Source: Sphaerochaetaceae bacterium
Lineage (GTDB): Bacteria > Spirochaetota > Spirochaetia > Sphaerochaetales > Sphaerochaetaceae
Direction of reading: 5' to 3'
NCBI GenBank assembly: GCA_041672385.1
Contig: JBAYZQ010000010.1
Location: 1-29,985 of the forward strand
DNA: 29,985 nucleotides
How positions within the stretch are numbered: position 1 is the first letter of the stretch; the number at the start of each line of letters is the position of its first letter. The position numbers were made by a program, and so were the translations under genes. Shown piece by piece: positions 8,664 through 16,857 of the stretch. Below the pieces are notes generated by a model. That model was not told where the DNA came from, made no database searches, and saw only the letters and a list, made by a program, of their open reading frames with translations.

Positions 8664-9524
8664 ATGGAAAATAAAGGCATGAATATAGATAAAAAATCAT
8701 CATTAACAACAAACAACACTCTTTTTTCAAAAAGTAGTAGTTTTATTAAAAGTAAAAGTTTCAATCTAAATATGACGGACGGTGTACTTATTCCTTCTAA
8801 GTCAAACCAAGGAGTTTTCAGTTCCTGGAGAATTGCTTTTGTAGGTGCATTAGCGCTTTTAAGTGCTCTAATAATTTTTAGCCCTGAAGTTTATAGAAAA
8901 ATTTTTTTAGTTTGTATTCAAGGAATTCCAGTCACCTTTGAATGCACTATTTTTGCAATTATTTTTGCAATAATTATTGGAGTTATTAGTGGTCTTCAAA
9001 GTGTTTCTCAAAAAAATTTCGTACGAACAATAAGTGGAGTTTATGTTCAACTGATACGTGGGATACCTCTTTTAGTTCAATTAATTTTTATTTATTATGC
9101 AGTAGGAAAATTTTTACATATTCAAGGAATGTTTGCAGCTATTGTTGCAATGGCCATATGTTTTGGAGCCTATATCTCAGAAATTGTAAGAGCAGGTATT
9201 GAAAGTATTCCAAAAGGCCAAATGGAAGCTGCAATTGCCCTTGGAATGAGTCGTCGTCAGGCCTTTACTGATATTATTCTTCCCCAAACAATTAAGGTTA
9301 TTCTTCCAGCCATATCAAATGAATTTATTTCAATGTTAAAAGATAGTTCTCTAGTCAGTGCCATTGCTTTAAGTGACATATTAAGAAGAGGACGTGAATA
9401 TATTTCAAGAACCTTTTTAAGCTTAGAAACAATGTTAATAGTTGCACTTATATATCTAATAATAACGCTCATGCTTTCTTGGCTTGTTGGAAAATTAGAA
9501 GAGAGGTTAAAAAAGAATGGCTAG
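8664..9524 (+). CDS. Polar amino-acid ABC transporter permease (His/Gln/Arg family), with an unusual ~50-aa hydrophilic N-terminal extension. Start uncertain.
   Basis: EAA-loop signature ([22 protein letters not shown]) and 5 or more TM helices. The ORF's first ATG at 8664 has no clear RBS. An alternative ATG at 8679 has a weak AAAGG. Confidence 0.75.
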   Translation: MENKGMNIDKKSSLTTNNTLFSKSSSFIKSKSFNLNMTDGVLIPSKSNQGVFSSWRIAFVGALALLSALIIFSPEVYRKIFLVCIQGIPVTFECTIFAIIFAIIIGVISGLQSVSQKNFVRTISGVYVQLIRGIPLLVQLIFIYYAVGKFLHIQGMFAAIVAMAICFGAYISEIVRAGIESIPKGQMEAAIALGMSRRQAFTDIILPQTIKVILPAISNEFISMLKDSSLVSAIALSDILRRGREYISRTFLSLETMLIVALIYLIITLMLSWLVGKLEERLKKNG

Positions 9525-10254
9525 TATTACAATTAAAAATTTATTTAAAGATTATGAAGCTGAAAACACAATACATGCAGTAATAGATGCATCCCTTACT
9601 GTAAAAGATGGACAGACTGTATGTATAATTGGACCTTCTGGAAGTGGTAAAAGCACCCTATTAAGAACCATTAACCGTTTGGAACCCGCAACTGCGGGAC
9701 AAATATTTATTGATGAAACAGAAATAACTGATCCTAACTCCGATATAAGAAATATCCGAGAGCAAATTGGTATGGTTTTTCAATCCTTTAATTTATTTCC
9801 TCATCTAACTGTGTTACAAAACATTTCAATTTCTCCAATAAAAGTTAAGAAGTTAAGTGCAAAAAAAGCTGAAAAACTAGCACTAGATTTATTGAAAAGG
9901 GTTGGATTGGAAGATAAAGCTAGTTCCTACCCATCACAACTTTCAGGTGGCCAACAGCAACGTGTAGCAATAGCAAGAGCTCTAGCTATGGAACCTAAGG
10001 TAATGTTATTTGATGAACCCACCAGTGCACTTGATCCTGAAATGATAAAAGAAGTACTAGATGTTATGCAAGATCTTTCAAAAAGCGGTATGACAATGTT
10101 GATTGTAACTCATGAAATGGGTTTTGCTAAAGCAGCCAGCGATAAAGTAATTTTTATGGATGAAGGACAAATCATTGAAGAAAACAAACCTGAAATACTG
10201 TTCACAAACCCAACTAGCCTGAGAACTAAAACCTTCCTTGAACACATACTTTAA
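9517..10254 (+). CDS. Polar amino-acid ABC transporter ATP-binding protein (GlnQ/HisP-like)
   Basis: Walker [10 protein letters not shown], canonical signature [15 protein letters not shown], Walker [12 protein letters not shown]-loop VTHEM. Start overlaps the permease stop by 8 nt. Confidence 0.9.
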   Translation: MASITIKNLFKDYEAENTIHAVIDASLTVKDGQTVCIIGPSGSGKSTLLRTINRLEPATAGQIFIDETEITDPNSDIRNIREQIGMVFQSFNLFPHLTVLQNISISPIKVKKLSAKKAEKLALDLLKRVGLEDKASSYPSQLSGGQQQRVAIARALAMEPKVMLFDEPTSALDPEMIKEVLDVMQDLSKSGMTMLIVTHEMGFAKAASDKVIFMDEGQIIEENKPEILFTNPTSLRTKTFLEHIL

Positions 10255-10292
10255 GTATTTTCAAAAGCAATAAAATAAAGTAAACTCCATTT

Positions 10293-11078
10293 ATGGCAAA
10301 AAAAGTTAAACTGAGTCCCCAAGAAAATTTTGAAAATTACTATAAAGAAATTTACAAAGAACGTTGGGAGATATTAAAAAACTCACTGACTCAAGAACCA
10401 GCACCCATAAATTTAAGTGATGAACTTGTTAAACCTTATTATATGGATCAAGCTTCTATTATTGCTTCTTCATTTTTACCAGTTAAACCTGGAGATAAAG
10501 TACTTGATATGTGTGCAGCCCCAGGAGGCAAAACTTTAAATCTGGCCTTAAAACTTCAAGGAAATGGTTTATTGATTTCAAATGATCGTTCTGCAACACG
10601 TCGAGGAAGATTAAAAAAAGTTATTTCTTCTTGCCTTGATGAAAACCTTAATAAAATAATCAAAGTCACTTCTTATGATGCAACAAAATGGATGCTATAT
10701 GAAAAAGACATTTATGACTGTGTTCTTCTTGATGCACCTTGTTCCAGTGAAAGACATGTTATCTTAGATAGCAAAGCTTTAAGCCAGTGGAGCGTTCAAA
10801 GACCAAAAAGATTAAGTTATCAACAGTTTGCAATGCTTGCAAGTGCTTTAGAAGCTGTCAAAATCCAAGGTTTTGTTCTTTATAGTACTTGCTCAATTAC
10901 ACCCCAAGAAAATGAAAAGGTAATTGAAAAACTTTATAAAAAAAGAGAAGGAAGATTTTTAGAAATACCGATTTCTTCCCCAATAGCTGAAAAATGTGAA
11001 CATGGTCAAATAATTCTTCCTGACAAAAATGAGAATATTGGGCCACTGTTTTTTTGTCTTTTAAAGAGGATCTTATGA
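10293..11078 (+). CDS. Minimal NOL1/NOP2/Sun-family RNA (cytosine-C5)-methyltransferase (RsmB/RsmF-like catalytic domain only)
   Basis: Motif I DMCAAPGGKT, motif IV DAPCSSE (catalytic Cys), motif VI YSTCSITPQENE (second Cys). Only 261 aa. It has neither the N-terminal NusB-like domain nor a C-terminal PUA domain. Confidence 0.7.
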   Translation: MAKKVKLSPQENFENYYKEIYKERWEILKNSLTQEPAPINLSDELVKPYYMDQASIIASSFLPVKPGDKVLDMCAAPGGKTLNLALKLQGNGLLISNDRSATRRGRLKKVISSCLDENLNKIIKVTSYDATKWMLYEKDIYDCVLLDAPCSSERHVILDSKALSQWSVQRPKRLSYQQFAMLASALEAVKIQGFVLYSTCSITPQENEKVIEKLYKKREGRFLEIPISSPIAEKCEHGQIILPDKNENIGPLFFCLLKRIL

Positions 11079-12190
11079 AAAATAAAATTAGTATTGTTGA
11101 ATGTAACGATTACACCAGTGAAAATTTAAGAAAAGCCTTAAGAGAAGCTGTACAAAAAAGCCCAATGCCTTTAGTAAAAGGAAAATCAGTCCTTTTGAAA
11201 CCAAATATTTTATCTGATTCTGACTCCAGTGCATGTATTACAACAAATCCTGAATTTTTAAGAGAAGTAATACATCTATTAAAGGAAGAAGGCGTTTCTA
11301 AAATTTATGTTGGTGATTCCCCAGGGCTGGCTCCCCTTGGCTTCAAACCTGTTAAATGCGGTATTTATGACGTTATAAAAGAAGAAGATGTAACTTGGGT
11401 TGATTTTGTTAAAAACCATACTACCCATAACTTAACTATTGGAAATAAAAAAATTAATCTTCCTTTAGCAACAATAATAAATGAAGTTGATTTGATTTTT
11501 AGTCTTCCAAAATTTAAAACTCATGAGCTCATGTATGCAACAGGTTCAATAAAGAATTTATTTGGTCTAGTGCCAGGACTTCACAAAAGTCCAAACCACC
11601 TTTATTTTCCTTCTCGAAATAGTTTTGCTAAGCTAGTTGTTGAAATTTATAAAATTGTTAAACCTGACTATACAATAATGGATGGAATAATTGGAATGGA
11701 AGGTCCAGGCCCAGCAAATGGAAAACCTAAAGCAATGAACTTAATTATTGCAGGATCTAGTTTACCGGGCGTTGATGCAGCTCAGGCCATAATTATGGGT
11801 TACTCGCCAATGCAAATTCCTATATTAAGAGAATTACAAAGCCAAAAATTATTTAACCTTGTTGATAATGAATATCCAGCTTTAAATTTTAAAGACCTTC
11901 CTGATAAAAACTTTGAAAAAATCAAAATAAGAGAAAAGACAAAGTTCTTTTCTTCTTTAATTATTCCATTTCTTTCAAAAGGTTTAGAAGAAAAAAAACA
12001 AAAACTTGAAAAAACTCCAGTTTTTAATGATAATTGCATAAAATGTGGTAGATGTGTTAAAATATGTCCTGCAAAGGCTTTAACAATGACTGACCATGGA
12101 GTCAAAATTGATACAAAAAAATGTATAAGATGTTACTGTTGTCATGAAGTTTGCCCTGCAAATGCGATAGACATAGTGGGGAGAAACTAG
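11075..12190 (+). CDS. DUF362-domain protein with C-terminal 2x[4Fe-4S] ferredoxin domain
   Basis: The N-terminal region (SIVECNDY...GKSVLLKPNIL...GDSPG) resembles DUF362. The C-terminus carries two CxxCxxCxxxCP clusters (CIKCGRCVKICP, CIRCYCCHEVCP). I chose the ATG at 11075 (AAAGAGGA RBS, ATGA overlap with the upstream stop) over the ORF track's TTG at 11054. Confidence 0.6.
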   Translation: MKNKISIVECNDYTSENLRKALREAVQKSPMPLVKGKSVLLKPNILSDSDSSACITTNPEFLREVIHLLKEEGVSKIYVGDSPGLAPLGFKPVKCGIYDVIKEEDVTWVDFVKNHTTHNLTIGNKKINLPLATIINEVDLIFSLPKFKTHELMYATGSIKNLFGLVPGLHKSPNHLYFPSRNSFAKLVVEIYKIVKPDYTIMDGIIGMEGPGPANGKPKAMNLIIAGSSLPGVDAAQAIIMGYSPMQIPILRELQSQKLFNLVDNEYPALNFKDLPDKNFEKIKIREKTKFFSSLIIPFLSKGLEEKKQKLEKTPVFNDNCIKCGRCVKICPAKALTMTDHGVKIDTKKCIRCYCCHEVCPANAIDIVGRN

Positions 12191-12669
12191 TGAATAGAAC
12201 TTATTTGTTTACCCTTTTATTTGGAATTGTTCCCATTTCAGAACTTAGAGGTGCTATTCCATTTGGATATTTTAATGGAATTCCTCTTTATTTGGCAATC
12301 ATTTTAGGAATTGGTAGCAATTTATTAGTCTATCCTATATGTATTTTCTTTTTAAACCATATTAACGATTTTCTTTGCCATCATATTAAAAAATACAATT
12401 CTTTCTATTTGAAGATGAAAAAAAATGCTATTAAAAGAATTAATAAAAAAATTCTTAAATTTGGTTACCTTGGACTAATGGTTTTTGTTGGTATTCCTCT
12501 TCCAATAACAGGAGCTTGGACTGCAACTCTAGGTTCTTGGATTCTTAATCTTGATCAAAGAAAATCTTTATTGTTTATAAGTCTAGGTGTATTGATGAGT
12601 GGCGCAATTATAGGTACAATTTTGTTTATGGGAGTTGGGTTTAACTCAATTTTCCTAAAAAGAGTATAA
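12190..12669 (+). CDS. Small polytopic membrane protein resembling the 'putative small multidrug export' family (COG2426-like)
   Basis: GTG start at 12190 overlaps the upstream TAG (TAGTG) and follows a GGGGAG RBS at 12178-12183. The motif IVPISELRGAIPFG and 4 TM helices resemble that family. The family assignment is from memory. Confidence 0.45.
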   Translation: MNRTYLFTLLFGIVPISELRGAIPFGYFNGIPLYLAIILGIGSNLLVYPICIFFLNHINDFLCHHIKKYNSFYLKMKKNAIKRINKKILKFGYLGLMVFVGIPLPITGAWTATLGSWILNLDQRKSLLFISLGVLMSGAIIGTILFMGVGFNSIFLKRV

Positions 12670-12694
12670 ATTTTAAGTTTTAAAAGGACCCAAT

Positions 12695-14827
12695 ATGGAT
12701 AAATACTTTAACTTTTCTGAGCATCCAGTAACAAGTTTTTATGGTGAAAATTGTTTTACCATGGAAAAAATGAAAAAATATCTTTCCCCCTCAGCTTTTT
12801 CACAACTTGAACAAGTAAACCAAGGAAAAAGATTTTTAAACAGTGAATTAGCCCAAGAAGTTGCCACAGCAATGAAAAATTGGGCTCTTGAAAAAGGTGC
12901 AACCCATTTTACTCACTGGTTTCAGCCTCTTACAGGTTTGACTGCAGAAAAACATAATTCTTTTATTCATCCAGAAGAAAATGGAACCATTATAATGGAT
13001 TTCTCAAAAAATGAACTTATAAAAGGTGAAGGAGATGCATCTAGTTTTCCTTCTGGTGGCCTTAGAGCTACTTTTGAGGCTAGAGGTTATACAACTTGGG
13101 ACAGTAGCTCCCCTGCCTTTATTAAAGATGTAAATGGTGCAAAAGTTTTGTATATTCCAACTGCTTTTTTTTCCTTTAACGAATCAGCACTAGATAAGAA
13201 AGTTCCACTCTTAAAATCAAATCAATATCTTGAAAAACAAACCTTAAGAATTTTACATATTTTGGGAAATGAAAAGGTACAACACATTAAAATTAATGTG
13301 GGACCTGAACAGGAATATTTTTTGGTAGACAAAAAATTCTACGATTCAAGGCCTGATTTAAGATTATGTGGGAGAACTATTCTTGGAAATCTTGCCTGTA
13401 AGGGTCAGGAATTAAATGACCACTATTACGGAACAATTAATGAAAGAGTTACTTCTTTCATGAAAGAACTTAATATTGAACTTTGGAAACTTGGAATTAG
13501 TAGCAAGACTCAACATAAAGAAGCAGCACCAAATCAATTTGAACTAGCAACTGTTTACGAAAAGGCTAATCTTGCTATAGATCATAATCAATTATTAATG
13601 GATCTTATTCAAAGTATTGCCTTACATCATGGTATGGTTGCCTTACTTCATGAAAAACCTTTTAATGGAGTTAATGGTTCTGGAAAACATAACAACTGGT
13701 CAATTTCAACTGATGAAGGTCATAACTTATTTTCACCAGGAGAAAATGTACAAGACAACCAACTTTTTCTTTTAATGTTAACAAGTTTTATAAAAGCATC
13801 TGATCTTTATTCACCAATTTTACAAGCTAGTACTACAAATAGTAGTAATCAACATCGACTTGGGGGATTAGAAGCTCCTCCTTCAATTATTTCAATATAT
13901 CTTGGAAAAAAGCTAACTTCAATTTTGGATGATATTACAAATGATAAAATTTGTGAAAACAACTTAGATGAATGCAAAGATTCTTTTAAACTTGGAATCT
14001 ATGCTCTTCCTAAACTTCCTAAAGATTTAACAGATAGAAACAGAACCAGTCCACTAGCCTTCACTGGAAATAAATTTGAATTTAGAATGCCTGGTTCTAG
14101 CCAATCTTTGGCTGATTCTACAACAGTTTTAAACGCTATAATGGCAAGGTCCCTAAAAGAGGCAGCTGATAGACTTGAAAATGCTGAGAACATTAACCTT
14201 GAACTTCATTCTATAATAAAAGAAAATTACCTCAATCATAAAAGAATTATTTTTAATGGAGATGGTTATAATAACACTTGGCTTCAAGAGGCAAAAGCAA
14301 GAGATTTGCCAATTCCTGAAAATCCTATTGAATCTATTGTGCAATATTCTAGTGAACTTTCCATAGAGTTGTTTGAAAGTGAAAATATCTTTTCAAGGCA
14401 AGAGCTAGAAAGTAGAACAACTATTAACCTTCAGACCTATTCAAAACAGATAAATATTGAAGCAACTATGATGATTGAAATGATTCAAAAAGGAATTATT
14501 CCTGCTGTTACTACTTTTTTGAATACCTTCACTCAATCCATTATCAATCAAAAGAAGCTCTTTCTTCCTTCTACAAAACAAACACAGATTGCAATATTCC
14601 TTTCTCAAGAACTTGAATCAACAATTGGTTTGACACAGAGTTTACATAGTGCACTAAGTATTGCTCATGCTAAAAATAGTGATCCACTAGCTGAGGCTAA
14701 TTATTATCAACAAGAAATAAATCCTTTACTTGAAGAAATAAGGATTCATGCAGATAAGCTAGAAATTTATACTGATAAAAATTTATGGCCTTATCCTTCT
14801 TATGATAATCTTCTATTCAAGCTATAA
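12695..14827 (+). CDS. glnN: Glutamine synthetase, type III
   Basis: 710 aa, about twice the length of GSI. The central catalytic-domain motif (KEAAPNQFELATVYEKAN, HHGMVALLHEKPF.GVNGSGKHNNWS) is typical of GSIII. RBS AAAGGA. Confidence 0.8.
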   Translation: MDKYFNFSEHPVTSFYGENCFTMEKMKKYLSPSAFSQLEQVNQGKRFLNSELAQEVATAMKNWALEKGATHFTHWFQPLTGLTAEKHNSFIHPEENGTIIMDFSKNELIKGEGDASSFPSGGLRATFEARGYTTWDSSSPAFIKDVNGAKVLYIPTAFFSFNESALDKKVPLLKSNQYLEKQTLRILHILGNEKVQHIKINVGPEQEYFLVDKKFYDSRPDLRLCGRTILGNLACKGQELNDHYYGTINERVTSFMKELNIELWKLGISSKTQHKEAAPNQFELATVYEKANLAIDHNQLLMDLIQSIALHHGMVALLHEKPFNGVNGSGKHNNWSISTDEGHNLFSPGENVQDNQLFLLMLTSFIKASDLYSPILQASTTNSSNQHRLGGLEAPPSIISIYLGKKLTSILDDITNDKICENNLDECKDSFKLGIYALPKLPKDLTDRNRTSPLAFTGNKFEFRMPGSSQSLADSTTVLNAIMARSLKEAADRLENAENINLELHSIIKENYLNHKRIIFNGDGYNNTWLQEAKARDLPIPENPIESIVQYSSELSIELFESENIFSRQELESRTTINLQTYSKQINIEATMMIEMIQKGIIPAVTTFLNTFTQSIINQKKLFLPSTKQTQIAIFLSQELESTIGLTQSLHSALSIAHAKNSDPLAEANYYQQEINPLLEEIRIHADKLEIYTDKNLWPYPSYDNLLFKL

Positions 14828-14857
14828 TAATTTATGTTTTTTTTGATATTAATTTAA

Positions 14858-14890
14858 TGAATATTACATATCTATAATATATAATATTCA
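14858..14890. repeat. Imperfect 14-bp inverted repeat (tgaatattacatat-N5-atatataatattca) in the A/T-only spacer downstream of both glnN and the ParA/RHH cassette
   Basis: The arms differ at one position (13 of 14 match). A related motif (taatattcatctata) recurs at 14931-14947 across the stop codon of the RHH-like gene. Confidence 0.4.
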
Positions 14891-14930
14891 TTATTTTTTT
14901 ATATAATTTTTATACTATTTTTATTCTTAT

Positions 14931-15185
14931 TTAATATTCATCTATATGCTTTTTATAGAATTCTCTTAGTGCAAAACGGATACCAGCAGCCCAACCCAAT
15001 CCCATACCTTGGAAAAGTTCTTCTAACTCTTTTTTTACTGAAGGTTCAATAGAAAAGGTAGTTAGAATTTTATTTTCTTTTCCATTCTTTGAAATTGAAT
15101 TACGAAAGAGTTTTTTTGTTTTTAAACTACCAATACTTTCATTCTCGCCTATTTTCTCAAAACTGGGGTTTTTCTTTAATGCCAT
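14931..15185 (-). CDS. Small ribbon-helix-helix-like protein (putative ParG/omega-like partner of the ParA ATPase)
   Basis: 84 aa from the ATG at 15185 (the ORF track's 15197 is a TTG). GGAG RBS 7 nt upstream. It starts 2 nt after the ParA stop. It has a Lys-rich, probably disordered N-terminal half and a C-terminal segment (ILTTFSIEPSVKKELEELFQGMGLGWAAGIRFALREFYKK) that fits a strand-helix-helix pattern. The fold assignment is inferred, not demonstrated. Confidence 0.4.
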   Translation of the reverse strand: MALKKNPSFEKIGENESIGSLKTKKLFRNSISKNGKENKILTTFSIEPSVKKELEELFQGMGLGWAAGIRFALREFYKKHIDEY

Positions 15186-15187
15186 AA

Positions 15188-15949
15188 TTATCTCCAAATT
15201 ACACTTTCTAATTCCAAAATTGCCTGCAAGGTTTTTGTTTTAATACCTCTACTGTATTCTTTAAACAGTTGTGGTACCATAGATGCTTCTTGAGCTTTCC
15301 TAAAAACCGGATCTACAGGAATTTTATAAACTGAAAAAGTTCCTTCACTTGCTGCAGATAAAATTTCTTTATGCTGCTTAATTCTCTCATCATATGAATT
15401 TATAATAATTTTAGAATGCTTTACATTACTTCTAAAGTTCTTCTTAATTTTTACTAATTCATTTTTAAAAATCTCCAAACCATCAAGACTGAAAACTTCT
15501 GGGGTCATCGGTGTAATAACCTCATCACTAGAAATCAAAGCAGCCGTTTCTAAACGTCCTAATCCAGGAGAAAGATCCAATATAACATGGATATAATTCT
15601 TCTTCAACTCTCTTATTGTATCCTGAATCACAAAAGGTTCCTCAGCCAATTTTGTTTCACTATAGTTTTTTAAGTTACCATTAATTCCAAAAGTAGGAAT
15701 TATATACAGGTTCTCTAACTGTGAAACTTTTACAATCGCTTCCTCAATAAAACAATTACCCCGTATAACATCCGCTAGTTCATATTTAGGTGCTTCCTTT
15801 AAAAACCAAGAAGAAATACTACCTTGGGGGTCAACGTCAATAATAAGGGTTTTATAACCTTCCATCGCAGACTGGCAAGCAAGTGTTCCAGATATTGTAG
15901 TTTTACCAACTCCACCTTTTTGTAAATGAAATGCTAGCGCTTTCCCCAT
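15188..15949 (-). CDS. ParA/MinD-family P-loop ATPase (small type Ib ParA-like, no N-terminal HTH)
   Basis: Deviant Walker A KGGVGKTT at residues 11-18 of the corrected protein, and an Asp-containing Walker B-like segment (VILDLSPG). The ATG at 15949 has a GAGGGG RBS. The ORF track's start at 15994 is a GTG lying inside the promoter region. Confidence 0.8.
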   Translation of the reverse strand: MGKALAFHLQKGGVGKTTISGTLACQSAMEGYKTLIIDVDPQGSISSWFLKEAPKYELADVIRGNCFIEEAIVKVSQLENLYIIPTFGINGNLKNYSETKLAEEPFVIQDTIRELKKNYIHVILDLSPGLGRLETAALISSDEVITPMTPEVFSLDGLEIFKNELVKIKKNFRSNVKHSKIIINSYDERIKQHKEILSAASEGTFSVYKIPVDPVFRKAQEASMVPQLFKEYSRGIKTKTLQAILELESVIWR

Positions 15950-16096
15950 TAATAGCCCCTCACGTTTATTATATATTTGAAATTCTGGGAACACAATAGT
16001 TGATATTTAAAATTAGTTAATTACTATTCTTTTTATTAGATTTAGTTTATAAAAGGTAGTATAGATGTATTTATCTATATATTTTTACTTATCTTA

Positions 16097-16151
16097 TTTA
16101 ATATTTCTATATAATAATCATATTAAATCAATAATTTTATATTTAATATTT
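16097..16151. repeat. Direct repeat atttaatattt (16097-16107 and 16141-16151) in the A/T-only promoter region upstream of the ParA-like gene
   Basis: Two identical 11-mers 44 bp apart. A near-inverse copy (taaatattaat) lies near 16186-16196. In DNA this A/T-rich, chance recurrence cannot be excluded. Confidence 0.3.
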
Positions 16152-16191
16152 ATTTAATTATTAAAGTGTTTTTTACTTAATTATATAAATA

Positions 16192-16839
16192 TTAATCAAC
16201 TACAAAAGGACAAGATTCTTTGAAAGAATTACTAATAAAGATTTTAAATGATTCATCTTCTACATCTTTTTCATAATAGTATTTATCATTTTCATCACCT
16301 TCAGGAGCAACTGGAATTTGTCCTTGATGTATACGTCCTATTAGCGAGTCATAATCTTTAAACAAAGTAACATCTGGATTATTCCTTAAATACTCATCTT
16401 CTAAAAAATTAAAATTTACTTTGTCTTTTTTTATATCAAAATTTGATAAAGTTGGATATTTAAAATCAAATAAATCAAAAAAAGAAGATTGTTCCTTTTC
16501 AGGTTTAGTACATTGACTAATTTGCTTTATTAAGAAAAGAAAGGTTCCAAGTACAAAGAAGATTCCGATATAAATCACAACATCATAAAGACTTATTTTA
16601 AGATTTGAAATAACTTCTTGATTATTTTCTATCAAAATTTTTAATTTTACAAAAGAAACCTTAAATTTTAAACTTGTAAGATAATTTGCATAATAATAAA
16701 AATTATTTTTAAAAATTGTCAATAAAAGATTAAAAAAGGACATAGTATTATCCATAATAGAATTCCAAAGAGATGAGGCATAAAGGAACCCTCCCAATCC
16801 TGTTAGAGTCAAAATTGAAAATAATTTCTTATTTTGCAT
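16192..16839 (-). CDS. Hypothetical bitopic membrane protein co-transcribed downstream of valS
   Basis: ATG at 16839 with AAGGAG 6 nt upstream, 18 nt after the valS stop. N-terminal hydrophobic segment and a second TM (VVIYIGIFFVLGTFLFLI), then a ~110-aa acidic, aromatic-rich C-terminal domain. I recognise no family. Confidence 0.5.
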   Translation of the reverse strand: MQNKKLFSILTLTGLGGFLYASSLWNSIMDNTMSFFNLLLTIFKNNFYYYANYLTSLKFKVSFVKLKILIENNQEVISNLKISLYDVVIYIGIFFVLGTFLFLIKQISQCTKPEKEQSSFFDLFDFKYPTLSNFDIKKDKVNFNFLEDEYLRNNPDVTLFKDYDSLIGRIHQGQIPVAPEGDENDKYYYEKDVEDESFKIFISNSFKESCPFVVD

Positions 16840-16857
16840 CTTCATCTCCTTTTATAT

